Assembly (NCBI GenBank): GCA_964291415.2
Contig: OZ219917.1
Span: 832,001-896,000 of the forward strand
Length of the DNA: 64,000 bases
DNA from: Alphaproteobacteria bacterium
Lineage (GTDB): Bacteria > Pseudomonadota > Alphaproteobacteria > SP197
Direction: 5' to 3'
A program made the position numbers and the translations under genes. Under the pieces are notes generated by a model, which did not search any database, was not told the DNA's origin, and was given only the letters and a program-made list of their open reading frames with translations. Positions 29,778-39,125 of the stretch are shown piece after piece (position 1 is the first letter of the stretch; the number at the start of each line of letters is the position of its first letter).

Positions 29778-29981
29778 ATGAAAGTGCGGATCGACCGGGA
29801 TCGCTGCGAGGGCCACGGTCGCTGTCATGCGCTGGCGCCCGGACTGTTCGAGTTGGACGACTTCGGCCATGCGACGGCTCTGGCCGACGGCAATGTGACG
29901 CCGGGAATGGAAGACAAGGCGCGGCTCGCCGCGGCCAACTGCCCGGAGTACGCCGTCCGGGTTGTGGAGGATGACGGATGA
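29778..29981 (+). CDS. Ferredoxin ([3Fe-4S] type, P450 partner)
   Basis: CEGHGRC...CP motif; coupled to P450 by ATGA overlap. Confidence 0.9.
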   Translation: MKVRIDRDRCEGHGRCHALAPGLFELDDFGHATALADGNVTPGMEDKARLAAANCPEYAVRVVEDDG

Positions 29982-31297
29982 GTGACCGCAAACCCGGCCC
30001 GCACACCGAAGCGGGCGCTGTCGCACCTGTCCGCCCGGTCTCCGATCCGAGGTCCGAACGACCGCCGGTCACGGACTGGCATACCGACTGGGACCATCTG
30101 GATGCGCGCTGGCGCGATGACCCCTTCCCGATCTGGGATGCATTGCGCGATGGACCAATCGCGCGGACCGAACGCTTCGAGGGCGCCTGGCTGCCGACCC
30201 GCTACGAAGACGTCAGGGCCATCGCCCACGATACCGAGCACTTCTCCTCGTGCCGAGCCGTCCTGCGCGACCGCAAGTTCGACGGCCCGCCACTGCCGGC
30301 GCCGCCGATCACCTCCGACCCGCCGGAGCACAAGGCGCACAAGCAGGTGCTGCTCCCCTTCTTCACGCCGCAGGAGGTCGGCAAGCTGGAACCGTTGACG
30401 CGCCGCATGTGCAACGCGCTCATCGACGAATTCATCGCCGCCGGCCGTTGCGATGCCGCCCAGCAGTACGCCCGCCACATCCCGGTGCGGATCATCGCCT
30501 ACATGCTCGGGGTGCCGGTCCGGGACAGCCACCTGTTCATCCGGTGGATTCACGAGATCCTGGAAGTCGGCGCTTCCGATGACGAGCTCAACAGCAGCGC
30601 GACCAAGGCGATGCGCGATTACTTTCGCCACCATATCGCTCTCAGGAAGGAGGGCCGGACGGAGGCCGATCCGGACGGGCCCGTGCCGGACCTCATCCGG
30701 TTGATGATGGACGGCTCCCTGAACGGCGTGCCATTCGAGGAAAGGCACGTGCTGGGGACTCTCACGCTGTTGATGGTCGCCGGAATTGATACGACCTGGA
30801 GCGCAATCGGCGCCTCGATCCTGCATCTCGCAAGGCACCCGGGCGACCGGCGGCGCCTGATCGAGGAGCCGGGGCTGATGCCGACGGCAATCGAGGAACT
30901 GCTGCGCGCCTATTCGCCGGTTACCATGGCGCGCGAGGTCAAGAAGGATGTCGAGCTGGGCGGCTGTCCGATGAAAAAGGGAGAAATGGTGCTGCTGTGC
31001 TTTCCGGCGGCCAATCGCGACCCTGCGATGTTTCCGGACGCTGACAAGGTCGTGCTCGACCGGCAGGAGAACCGTCACGGAGCCTTTGGCCTCGGTATCC
31101 ACCGTTGCGTCGGCTCCCACCTGGCGCGCATGGAATTGCGGGTCGCCATCGAGGAGTGGCTCGAGCGCATCCCGGACTATCGTGTCGCGGGTGACGTGCG
31201 CTGGTCCGTCGGCTCCGTGCGCGGCCCGCGAACCCTGCCCGTGGCGTTCGCACAGGCTCGACCCCGTGATCCAGGCGAGGGAATTGCGGGCGGATGA
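29978..31297 (+). CDS. Cytochrome P450
   Basis: DPPEH, AGIDTT (I-helix), EELLR, FGLGIHRCVG heme motif. Confidence 0.95.
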   Translation: MSDRKPGPHTEAGAVAPVRPVSDPRSERPPVTDWHTDWDHLDARWRDDPFPIWDALRDGPIARTERFEGAWLPTRYEDVRAIAHDTEHFSSCRAVLRDRKFDGPPLPAPPITSDPPEHKAHKQVLLPFFTPQEVGKLEPLTRRMCNALIDEFIAAGRCDAAQQYARHIPVRIIAYMLGVPVRDSHLFIRWIHEILEVGASDDELNSSATKAMRDYFRHHIALRKEGRTEADPDGPVPDLIRLMMDGSLNGVPFEERHVLGTLTLLMVAGIDTTWSAIGASILHLARHPGDRRRLIEEPGLMPTAIEELLRAYSPVTMAREVKKDVELGGCPMKKGEMVLLCFPAANRDPAMFPDADKVVLDRQENRHGAFGLGIHRCVGSHLARMELRVAIEEWLERIPDYRVAGDVRWSVGSVRGPRTLPVAFAQARPRDPGEGIAGG

Positions 31298-31584
31298 CGC
31301 CCGCCGATGCAAGGAGAGATTGCACGGGGGAGTACCGGCAACGCAGTCGGCTGCGACCGCCGGCTCATCCTGACCGATGTTGCTTCTTCAGTCCGCCAAC
31401 GCCGTGCCGTCGCCACCGGCAAGGTCGCACTGCCTGTAACGGCTTCGTCCATCCCTGAACCACCAGTCACCTGGCGACAGGGAGCAATCCGATATCGAGC
31501 GGGCGTCGCAGGACGTCACGCGATGCCCGCCGAAGAACGCCGCGATGTCAGCGAGGCATGTGCCCGGGACCGGATGATGACTGG

Positions 31585-32229
31585 TCAGTCGTCCTGGACC
31601 CTTGCCATGAGCAGGCGTCGGGGTTTCTCGAAGACCCGATGGAGCGCAGGCATGAAGGCCTCGAGCGGCATGGTATCGTACTTCGGGTCAAAGGCGATCT
31701 GGTCATAGTCGTCACAGAACTGCCGGCATGCCTCGAAGTGGGGGTGGCCCCGGAGCGAGTCCCGTGCATTCCTGTTTCCACCGAGATGGTGGAAGAAGTG
31801 ATAGCCCTGGAACATCTCGTGGTACTTGACGATCCAGTAGACTTCAGGCCGCACGTAGGGCTTGAGAATGGCGGCGCAGAACTCGCCGTGGTTGTCGGGG
31901 GCGAAGAAATCGCCGATATCGTGAAGCAGGGCGGCGGCGATCAACTCGTCGTCGTCATCGCGTCCGTCGCGCCAGGCGCGGCTGGCGGTCTGCAGGCTGT
32001 GCTCGTAGCGGTCGACGGGATAGACGTGATCGGGCGCACGCAGCATGTCGAGATGTTCAAGGCACAGAGCCAGGACCCGGGAGGGTTCATGGACACCATA
32101 CTTCTCGATCGCCGCCCAGTCCTCGACCGTCGACTCGTCGAAACGGGTGAATGTCGCCTTCTTCCTGATCGGCCCGCCCTCCGCAATGAGGTCGTGGGCC
32201 GTCCGGGGTCGTTCCGCAACGAGGGTCAT
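31585..32229 (-). CDS. HD-domain protein (PhnZ-like subgroup)
   Basis: EHSLQTA, AALLHDIG, NH, YH..FQG, DQ.AFDP; start after GGAGG. Confidence 0.82.
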   Translation of the reverse strand: MTLVAERPRTAHDLIAEGGPIRKKATFTRFDESTVEDWAAIEKYGVHEPSRVLALCLEHLDMLRAPDHVYPVDRYEHSLQTASRAWRDGRDDDDELIAAALLHDIGDFFAPDNHGEFCAAILKPYVRPEVYWIVKYHEMFQGYHFFHHLGGNRNARDSLRGHPHFEACRQFCDDYDQIAFDPKYDTMPLEAFMPALHRVFEKPRRLLMARVQDD

Positions 32230-32679
32230 GGGGTGGCCTCCCGGTGTTCGTGTAGCGTGCCCATCATGGAACGTCGCGGGACCGTCTGTCCACCCGGTTC
32301 GCCCCTGGGTGATGTCAATCGAGCCAGTGTGCCAATCGCGTCGTGAGTTGGCGCCGATGGCCAGCACGGCAGCCTTGATCCGGTCCCAGTCGAAACCGTC
32401 GTTGGAAAGGATGCGCCGGTAGCCCGGGCGGAAGATCAGAGCGCGGCGTGCGGACCGACGGCGATTCGGAAAGGATTGCCGTCCCGACGCTGTGCAGTGT
32501 TCTGCGATCGATCTTCCTGTTGCCTCTGAACCTGGCATCAAGCCGCTGGTGGCGGCCCGTAGCGATGACTTCGTTCTGCCACTCCGGCAGTGGTGTCAGC
32601 GGCTCGGTGTGCATTCGGGAAGCAGCAGCGCGTCGTGAATCCGCGCCGCCATGCGTTCGGCAGGGTCTTGCGGTGGCCT

Positions 32680-32895
32680 CGGGCGTGTCGGCAGGGAACG
32701 AACGCCGTGCAACACGATGCCGATGCGGCGCTTCGGGCGTCCACCGAGCAGGTCGATCTGCGCGAAGCGCTCCAGCAACATCTCGAACGCGATCTGTCCC
32801 TCCAGACGCGCCAGCGGTGCAAGCAGGCAGTAGTGGATGCCCTGCCGGAGCGATATCCGGCGTCGAGGGCGCTCAAACTCGAAGGACCTGGTCAT
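32680..32895 (-). pseudogene. Eroded cytochrome P450 C-terminal fragment
   Basis: RSFEFER..RRISLRQGIHYCLLAPLARLEGQIAFEMLLERF...LHGVRSLP: heme motif FGxGxHxCxG degraded; 5' part absent. Confidence 0.75.
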
Positions 32896-32939
32896 TGCGC
32901 GAAGGCGGGATGACCGCACGGACCTCGTCCAGGGATCGC

Positions 32940-32978
32940 TTGACCGAAAGGGATAGCCGGTATATATAGCCAGCTATA
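32940..32978 (+). promoter_or_regulatory. Putative promoter/operator of TA operon
   Basis: TTGACC-N17-TATATA overlapped by two ATAGCC.G.TAT-like repeats. Confidence 0.45.
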
Positions 32979-32993
32979 AGACGGAGACCGATC

Positions 32994-33296
32994 TTGACCA
33001 GTCCGGCACAGCAGAGGGCCAACAAGAACTATCGTGAACGCCTGGCTGAACGTGGCGTCAAGCGATTCGAGGTCATGGCCCCGGAAACCGACCGGGATCT
33101 GTTGCGAACGCTCGCGCGTCGACTGGCAGAAGGCGGTCCAGAAGCGGATCGGACACGAGCTGCGGTCAGGGAACTGGTCGTGAGCGGCCCGTCCGGACCA
33201 GGCGGCATTCTTGCGGCGCTGCGTCGCTCGCCGCTTGTCGGGGCCGATCTCGACCTTTCTCGGCCGCGCATTGAGGGGCGCAGGGTCGATCTTTGA
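32994..33296 (+). CDS. Putative antitoxin
   Basis: 100 aa, YR.RL..RG.KRFEV motif, C-terminal DLDL.R; overlaps PIN gene. Confidence 0.7.
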   Translation: MTSPAQQRANKNYRERLAERGVKRFEVMAPETDRDLLRTLARRLAEGGPEADRTRAAVRELVVSGPSGPGGILAALRRSPLVGADLDLSRPRIEGRRVDL

Positions 33297-33751
33297 CACG
33301 CTACCTGCTTGATACGAACATCATCAGCAACACCGTCAAGCCACAGCCGTCGGCGCTCCTGTTGGACTGGATGGCGGCCCGGCAGGACGAAGACCTGTTT
33401 GTTGCGTCGCTGACCATCGCCGAAATCCGGCGCGGCATTCTCGAGCTGCCGAGCGGCAGAAAGAGGGACGGACTTGAGGCCTGGTTCACAGGTGAAGAAG
33501 GGCCACAGGTACTTTTTGCCGGGCGAATCCTGTCGTTCGACGACAGGGCCGGTCTCATCTGGGCGCGCCTGATGGCGGAGGGCAAAGCCCAGGGCCGACC
33601 GCGCAGCGCACTCGACATGGTCCTCGCCGCGGTGGCGGAGGCGAACGACTGCGTGCTGGTAACGGACAATGAAAGGGACTTCAGGGGACTGCGGATGTTC
33701 AACCCCTTGCGGCACATGGGAGCAGGGAAGGGCCATGGCGATGAGCGCTGA
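33293..33751 (+). CDS. vapC: PIN-domain (VapC-like) toxin
   Basis: YLLDTNIIS, IAEIRRG, DM..AA.A, LVTDNERDF, NP. Confidence 0.92.
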   Translation: MTRYLLDTNIISNTVKPQPSALLLDWMAARQDEDLFVASLTIAEIRRGILELPSGRKRDGLEAWFTGEEGPQVLFAGRILSFDDRAGLIWARLMAEGKAQGRPRSALDMVLAAVAEANDCVLVTDNERDFRGLRMFNPLRHMGAGKGHGDER

Positions 33752-33928
33752 AGCCTGAATGCAGTTCGATCGGCTCCGCCGGAACCCGAACGTGATCAAC
33801 ACCTGGAAACGTCGCGAGGCGTCTTGCGGATCAACGGCGGCGGTCTCGATTGACCGGTGTCCGGATCGCGCAGCCGGCCGGCGCTCTTCAGGCCCTTGCT
33901 GGTGTGCGGCGCACGTCCCGCCGTGGTT

Positions 33929-35107
33929 TCAGCGGCGTGACGCCCAGGCGATGGCGGCGAGGGCTGCCGCGCCCGAAAGGGCGAAGGAACCCATGAGAAC
34001 GAAGAGAGTGCCGTCGTAGAGGTAGCCGATCAGCCCTCCCAGGGGCACGGCGACGATGGTCGAGATCAGCGTGACGATGGCCGCTCCGACGCCGGCAATG
34101 TTGCCCAGGGGCTGCATGGCAAGGGCGTTGAGATTGCCGAAGAGCAACCCCACCCCGCCGAAGACCAGCACCAGCGATGCCAGGAAGAGCCACAGGGGCG
34201 GAACGCCGTCGAAGGGGAAGATCAGCCCCCAGGTGACGGCGGCGCCAAGCGTCACGACGATGGCGGCGATGACGGAGAGCCGGAGCATGCCATAGCGCAT
34301 GACGAGATGTCCGTTGATGAGAACGGTGACACCGAAGGAAAGGGCGAGGCCCGCGAAGTAGAGGGGAAAGAGGAGGCCGACCCCGTAGGTGACCTGAAAG
34401 ATCTGCTGTGCGGTGCTGAGATAGGCGACAAAGGGCGCGAAGGCGCAACCCTGCGCCAGTGTGTAGGCGAGTGCCTGGCGGGTTCGCAACACCATGGCGA
34501 CCGACCTTGCGACCGCCGTCACCGAGAACGGCAGGCGATGCTGACGGGGCAGGGTTTCTGGCTGGCGAACCATGAGCCACAGACCGGCGATGCCTGCCAC
34601 GACGAAGAGGGCAACGAAAATGGCCCGCCAGTCGGCAACGAGCAGAATGCCCTGTCCCATGGCCGGAGCAACCATGGGGACCGTGATGAAGACGGCCATC
34701 ACGAAGGACAGGATGCGCGCCATCAGGCGTCCCTCGTACTGGTCGCGCACCAGGGCCATGGAGACGACACGCGGTGCAGCGGCCCCCACGCCCTGGAGTA
34801 TGCGTCCGGCGATCATGACCCAGAACTCCGTGGCGGCGATCGAGATGACGCAACCGGCCATGAAGATCGCCAGACCGATGAGAATGGAACTCTTGCGCCC
34901 GATGCAGTCCGACAGCGGTCCGAAGAGAAGAGGTCCGATGCCCATGCCGAGGAAGAGAGCGGTGATGATGTACTGCACGTCGTTGCGCGCGGCGGCCCCC
35001 AGCTCGGAGCCGATGTCCGGCAGGGCCGGCAGCATGGCATCGGTCGACAGCGCCGACAGCGACATGAGCAGGGCCACCAGCGGCACGAATTCACTGCTTC
35101 TCAACAT
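33929..35107 (-). CDS. Bcr/CflA family multidrug MFS transporter
   Basis: ALSTDAMLPALP, GPLSD..GRK, R.LQG.G, PETL; many hydrophobic segments. Confidence 0.9.
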   Translation of the reverse strand: MLRSSEFVPLVALLMSLSALSTDAMLPALPDIGSELGAAARNDVQYIITALFLGMGIGPLLFGPLSDCIGRKSSILIGLAIFMAGCVISIAATEFWVMIAGRILQGVGAAAPRVVSMALVRDQYEGRLMARILSFVMAVFITVPMVAPAMGQGILLVADWRAIFVALFVVAGIAGLWLMVRQPETLPRQHRLPFSVTAVARSVAMVLRTRQALAYTLAQGCAFAPFVAYLSTAQQIFQVTYGVGLLFPLYFAGLALSFGVTVLINGHLVMRYGMLRLSVIAAIVVTLGAAVTWGLIFPFDGVPPLWLFLASLVLVFGGVGLLFGNLNALAMQPLGNIAGVGAAIVTLISTIVAVPLGGLIGYLYDGTLFVLMGSFALSGAAALAAIAWASRR

Positions 35108-35418
35108 GGGCTGTGCCACTCCCGAACGGAATTCTGACCGGGTCAAGGTGATGTCCGGGAGAATTCTGAAGACCCTGGCGAACACATCTCCTGCAAGGAC
35201 TGTCCGCCTGTCTCGTGCGGACGCTACCACCATGGATGCAGCCCCGCCACCGACCAGCGACGGACCAGGCGGATCGCTCAAGAGAGGTGCTGTTCGTGAC
35301 AGGAACCGGGTCAGCCGCACCGGGCGTTCGCGAAGCGCGTGACGTCGTTTCAGTCGGCAGCCTGCCGGACACCGGCAAGGTGGTGTCGCGGACCGTCCAG
35401 GGAGACGTGGGACGCCGG

Positions 35419-36180
35419 CTACTGGACCAGGGGCGAGTCCGCGGCGGCGATCCGGAACCCGGAGATGCTGGCGTTGCCTGCGAGAAGCTGGACGTACTGG
35501 CGAAAGGCCCGGCGCCAGGACGCCTCCTTCATGTAGTCGGCCACCTTCCCGGCGACGGCGTCGTAGGGAAGCTGGCGCCCGGAAACCCGCTTGTCGACGC
35601 GCACGACATGGATGCCGTATCGGCTCCTGACCGGAACCGGCGAGAGCTGGCCATCGTCCAGGTTGAAGAGAAATGTCTCGAGTTCGGGCACGGTATCGCC
35701 ACGCGACACCTGGCCGAGCCTGCCATCGTTGTGACGTGAATCGCAGGCCGAATGAGCCCGCGCCAGTTCGCCGAAGCGCTCGGGAAACTCGCTCAGGGTG
35801 TCGATGGCGCGCTTGGCCTCGATCTCCTTTTCGGCGCGCGCTTCGGCGGCGTCGGGCGGCGCCGCGAAGAGGATGTGCGCCGCTTCGACCAGATCGGGGC
35901 TGCGAAAGCGCTCCCGGTTGTTGGCATAGTAGCGGCGGCACTCCTCGTCGGTTGGCTCGGGGACGTCCACCTCGCGTTCGATCAGGGTCTGGAACGTCCC
36001 GCTGTCATCGTCACCCTCGATGCCGAGGGCCCGTGCCCTCTCGAGAATGAGGGTGCGGATCACCAGCCACTCGCAGGCGGCCTGGCGTGCCTCGTCGGCG
36101 CTCTTCGCCGGGTGATACTGCATCTCCCGCAGGATGTCGTCTTCGCTGATGTGACGATCGTTGATGCGGATGCCGGTCAA
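35419..36180 (-). CDS. Parvulin-type peptidyl-prolyl isomerase, nar-associated
   Basis: EMQYHPA, HIL, F.ELA..HS.C.S, G.LG, VPE.E, YG.H, ADSPLVQ; immediately after narI. Confidence 0.88.
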   Translation of the reverse strand: MTGIRINDRHISEDDILREMQYHPAKSADEARQAACEWLVIRTLILERARALGIEGDDDSGTFQTLIEREVDVPEPTDEECRRYYANNRERFRSPDLVEAAHILFAAPPDAAEARAEKEIEAKRAIDTLSEFPERFGELARAHSACDSRHNDGRLGQVSRGDTVPELETFLFNLDDGQLSPVPVRSRYGIHVVRVDKRVSGRQLPYDAVAGKVADYMKEASWRRAFRQYVQLLAGNASISGFRIAAADSPLVQ

Positions 36181-36184
36181 GGGA

Positions 36185-36889
36185 TCAGGCCGTCCGCTTG
36201 TGATCGCGGCTGCGCACCACCTGGTAGCCGCGGCGGCCGAGATAGCCGACGGGGGCGCTCCAGATATGGACCAGGCGGCTGAACGGAAAGATGAGAAAGA
36301 TGGTCAGCCCGAGAACGATATGCGCCTTGTAGACCCAGGAGACGTCGATCACGTGGAGTGCGGCATCGCTCTGGAAGGTGACGATCTTCTGCGCCCACAG
36401 CGACAGGGTCACCATGATGTCGCCGGTTTCGCGATGCGCCCAGGAAAACGGCAGCGTCACCATGCCGAGGACAAGCTGCAGCCACAGGATGACCAGGATG
36501 CCAATGTCCATGGCGCTCGACGTCCTGCGGATGCGCGGATCGAGAAGACGCCGGTGGAGCAGCATGGTGAGACCGACGAAGCACACGGCGCCGGCGATGC
36601 CGCCGGCGACGACCGCCAGCACCTGCTTGGCCGACGAGGTGAGGCCGACGGCGTGGTAGATCTCCTGCGGTGTCAGGAGTCCGACAAAGTGCCCGAAGAA
36701 CAGGAACAGGATTCCGACATGGAAGAGGACGCTCCCCATCATCAGCTGGCGCCGGCGCAGGAGCTGGCTCGAGCCGCTGCGCCAGGTGTACTGCTCGCGG
36801 TCGAAACGGATCAGGCTTCCCGCCAGGAACACCGTCGCCGCCAGGTAGGGGTAGTAGCCGAAGACCAGGATGTGGAACCAGTCGCCCAT
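36185..36889 (-). CDS. narI: Respiratory nitrate reductase gamma subunit
   Basis: YPY, RFDREQYTW.S.SSQ, FHVGI..LFFGH, H..LG.T.F..FPFSRLVH. Confidence 0.95.
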   Translation of the reverse strand: MGDWFHILVFGYYPYLAATVFLAGSLIRFDREQYTWRSGSSQLLRRRQLMMGSVLFHVGILFLFFGHFVGLLTPQEIYHAVGLTSSAKQVLAVVAGGIAGAVCFVGLTMLLHRRLLDPRIRRTSSAMDIGILVILWLQLVLGMVTLPFSWAHRETGDIMVTLSLWAQKIVTFQSDAALHVIDVSWVYKAHIVLGLTIFLIFPFSRLVHIWSAPVGYLGRRGYQVVRSRDHKRTA

Positions 36890-36891
36890 CG

Positions 36892-37584
36892 TCACACTCC
36901 GTCCCGTGCGTCGTCCACGGGAAGCGCCAGTTCCGCCATGCGGTTGAGCGTCTCGCGCGCTGCCGGGCACGAGCCGTCACCGGCGAAGGCGGGCACCTCT
37001 TCCCAGTCGCTGTCGAGCTGAGCGGCCTCCGCCTCCGGTGTCCTGTCATGTTCGAGGAGGTCTTCCACCGCGGCGCGGGGCGCCTTCCTGCCTGCCAGGT
37101 CCTCGAGTGCCGCAAACACCGCGGCATAGTCGCTGGAGCGCCGCTCCAGGCGAATGCGGATGGCCGAGAGGATGTGGACGACGTTGCCGAGAAGACCTCT
37201 CGCTTCCTCTGAAGGGATCAGCGACAGGAATTCGAGGAAAAGCGGCAGGTAGTCCGGCAGTTCGTTGGCATCGATGCGATAGCCTGCGGCCTCGTAGTGG
37301 GCCGCCAGGTTGACCATCGCCTGGCCCCGGTCACGGGATTCACCGTGAATGTGCTCGAAGAGGTGAAGGGACAGGCTGCGCGACCGGTCGAACTGGCCGA
37401 CATATATTTCCTGCGCCTCGAGGAGTTCGCCCTTGCCAAGGCGCGTCACAAGCCGGTCGACCGCATCCAGCGTCTTGCCGGAGAGGCGTGTGTCGGCACG
37501 CAGGACCGCGCGGATCTCCGGCGCCGCCTCCGGCAGTGCGGGGCCGGGGTACTGCAGCAGGGCGCCCAGGGCACGGTAGATCAT
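36892..37584 (-). CDS. narJ: Nitrate reductase molybdenum cofactor assembly chaperone
   Basis: LL.YP, FDR.RSLSLHLFEH.HGESRDRGQAM, ELPDYLPLFLEF. Confidence 0.95.
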   Translation of the reverse strand: MIYRALGALLQYPGPALPEAAPEIRAVLRADTRLSGKTLDAVDRLVTRLGKGELLEAQEIYVGQFDRSRSLSLHLFEHIHGESRDRGQAMVNLAAHYEAAGYRIDANELPDYLPLFLEFLSLIPSEEARGLLGNVVHILSAIRIRLERRSSDYAAVFAALEDLAGRKAPRAAVEDLLEHDRTPEAEAAQLDSDWEEVPAFAGDGSCPAARETLNRMAELALPVDDARDGV

Positions 37585-39125
37585 GATCGCTCACCGGCAT
37601 GGTCACCCGATCGCCCGCCCGCGCTCGGTCCCACCCGGACCTCGTGGCTGAAGAGATCGATGCCGCCGCCGCCGCTGCATCCGTCGCCAAAGCTGAATCC
37701 GCACTCTCCGCGCAGGTCGAAGGCCTCCTCGGCGTACTCGCGGTGCGTGGTGGGGATGACGAAGCGGTCCTCGTAGTTGGCGATCGCCATGGTCTGGTAC
37801 ATGTCCTCGACATCCGCCTCGGTCAGACCGGCTTCCTCGAGAACGTCCGTCGCGCGCCGACCTTCGACATGCCTGGCGCGCATGTAGATCCGCATGGCCA
37901 GCATCCGTTGGAGACTCAGCGTGACCGGCTTCTCGTCACCGGCGGTCAGCAGATTGGCGAGATACCTGACGGGAATTCGCAGCTGGGAGACGTCCGGGAT
38001 CAGGCCTTGCGAACCGAGCATCCCGCTCTCCGCCGCCGACTGGATCGGCGACAGCGGCGGCACGTACCACACCATGGGCAGCGTCCGGTACTCGGGGTGC
38101 AGCGGGAAGGCGACCTTCCAGTCCATGGCCATGCGCCACACGGGCGAGCGCTGCGCCGCGTCGATCCAGGCCTGCGGAACGCCATCCTCGAGCGCCTGGT
38201 GGATGACGTCCGGATCATGGGGATCCAGAAAGATGTCGAGCTGCGCCTGGTAGAGGTCCCGGGGGTCCTCGACGGATGCGGCCTCCTCGATGCGGTCGGC
38301 GTCGTACATGAGTACGCCGAGGTAGCGGATGCGACCGACGCAGGTCTCGGAGCACACCGTCGGTTCGCCGGCCTCGATGCGCGGATAGCAGAAGATGCAC
38401 TTCTCCGATTTTCCCGAGCGCCAGTTGTAGTAGATCTTCTTGTAGGGGCAGGCGGAAACGCACATCCGCCAGCCGCGGCACTTGTCCTGATCGATGAGGA
38501 CGATGCCGTCCTCCTCGCGCTTGTAGATGGCGCCGGACGGGCAGGCGGCGACGCAGGAAGGATTGAGGCAATGCTCGCACAGGCGCGGCAGGTACATCAT
38601 GAAGGTGTTTTCGAACTGCCCGTAGATCTCCTTTTCCATGGCCTCGAAATTGACGTCGCGGCTGCGGCTGGAGAATTCGCCGCCGAGTATCTCCTCCCAG
38701 TTCGGCCCCCACTTCACCGTCTCCATGCGTTCGCCGCTGATCAGCGAACGCGGACGCGCCGTCGGCGGCGTGCGTGATTCCGGCGCGTTGTGGAGATGCT
38801 CGTAGTCGAAGGTGAAGGGTTCGTAGTAGTCGTCGATCTGCGGCATGTCCGGGTTGGCGAAGATCTTTGCCAGGATACGCAGCTTGCCCCCCATTCTGGG
38901 GGCGATCCTGCCGTTCTTCTTGCGCACCCAGCCGCCGTTCCAGACGTCCTGGTTCTCCCACTGCCGGGGATAGCCGATGCCGGGCTTGGTCTCGACGTTG
39001 TTGAACCATGCGTATTCCATGCCCTCGCGACTGGTCCACACGTTCTTGCAGGTGACCGAGCAGGTATGGCAGCCGATGCACTTGTCGAGATTGAGAACCT
39101 TGCCGATCTGTGCTCGCACTTTCAT
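37581..39125 (-). CDS. narH: Respiratory nitrate reductase beta subunit
   Basis: CIGCHTCSVTCK, CEHCLNPSCVAACP, CRGWRMC, CIFCYPR. Confidence 0.98.
   Translation of the reverse strand: MKVRAQIGKVLNLDKCIGCHTCSVTCKNVWTSREGMEYAWFNNVETKPGIGYPRQWENQDVWNGGWVRKKNGRIAPRMGGKLRILAKIFANPDMPQIDDYYEPFTFDYEHLHNAPESRTPPTARPRSLISGERMETVKWGPNWEEILGGEFSSRSRDVNFEAMEKEIYGQFENTFMMYLPRLCEHCLNPSCVAACPSGAIYKREEDGIVLIDQDKCRGWRMCVSACPYKKIYYNWRSGKSEKCIFCYPRIEAGEPTVCSETCVGRIRYLGVLMYDADRIEEAASVEDPRDLYQAQLDIFLDPHDPDVIHQALEDGVPQAWIDAAQRSPVWRMAMDWKVAFPLHPEYRTLPMVWYVPPLSPIQSAAESGMLGSQGLIPDVSQLRIPVRYLANLLTAGDEKPVTLSLQRMLAMRIYMRARHVEGRRATDVLEEAGLTEADVEDMYQTMAIANYEDRFVIPTTHREYAEEAFDLRGECGFSFGDGCSGGGGIDLFSHEVRVGPSAGGRSGDHAGERS

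Noticed and set aside
35128-35170. GAATTCTGA direct repeat upstream of the MFS gene
   Set aside because: Only two short copies; could be an operator but support is too weak
33929-35941. Long N-terminal extensions in the ORF track (670-aa MFS; also 616-aa ATPase, 551-aa ADH, 401-aa PotD, 338-aa GFA)
   Set aside because: Extensions overlap other genes or the tRNA and are low-complexity; they are not real fusions
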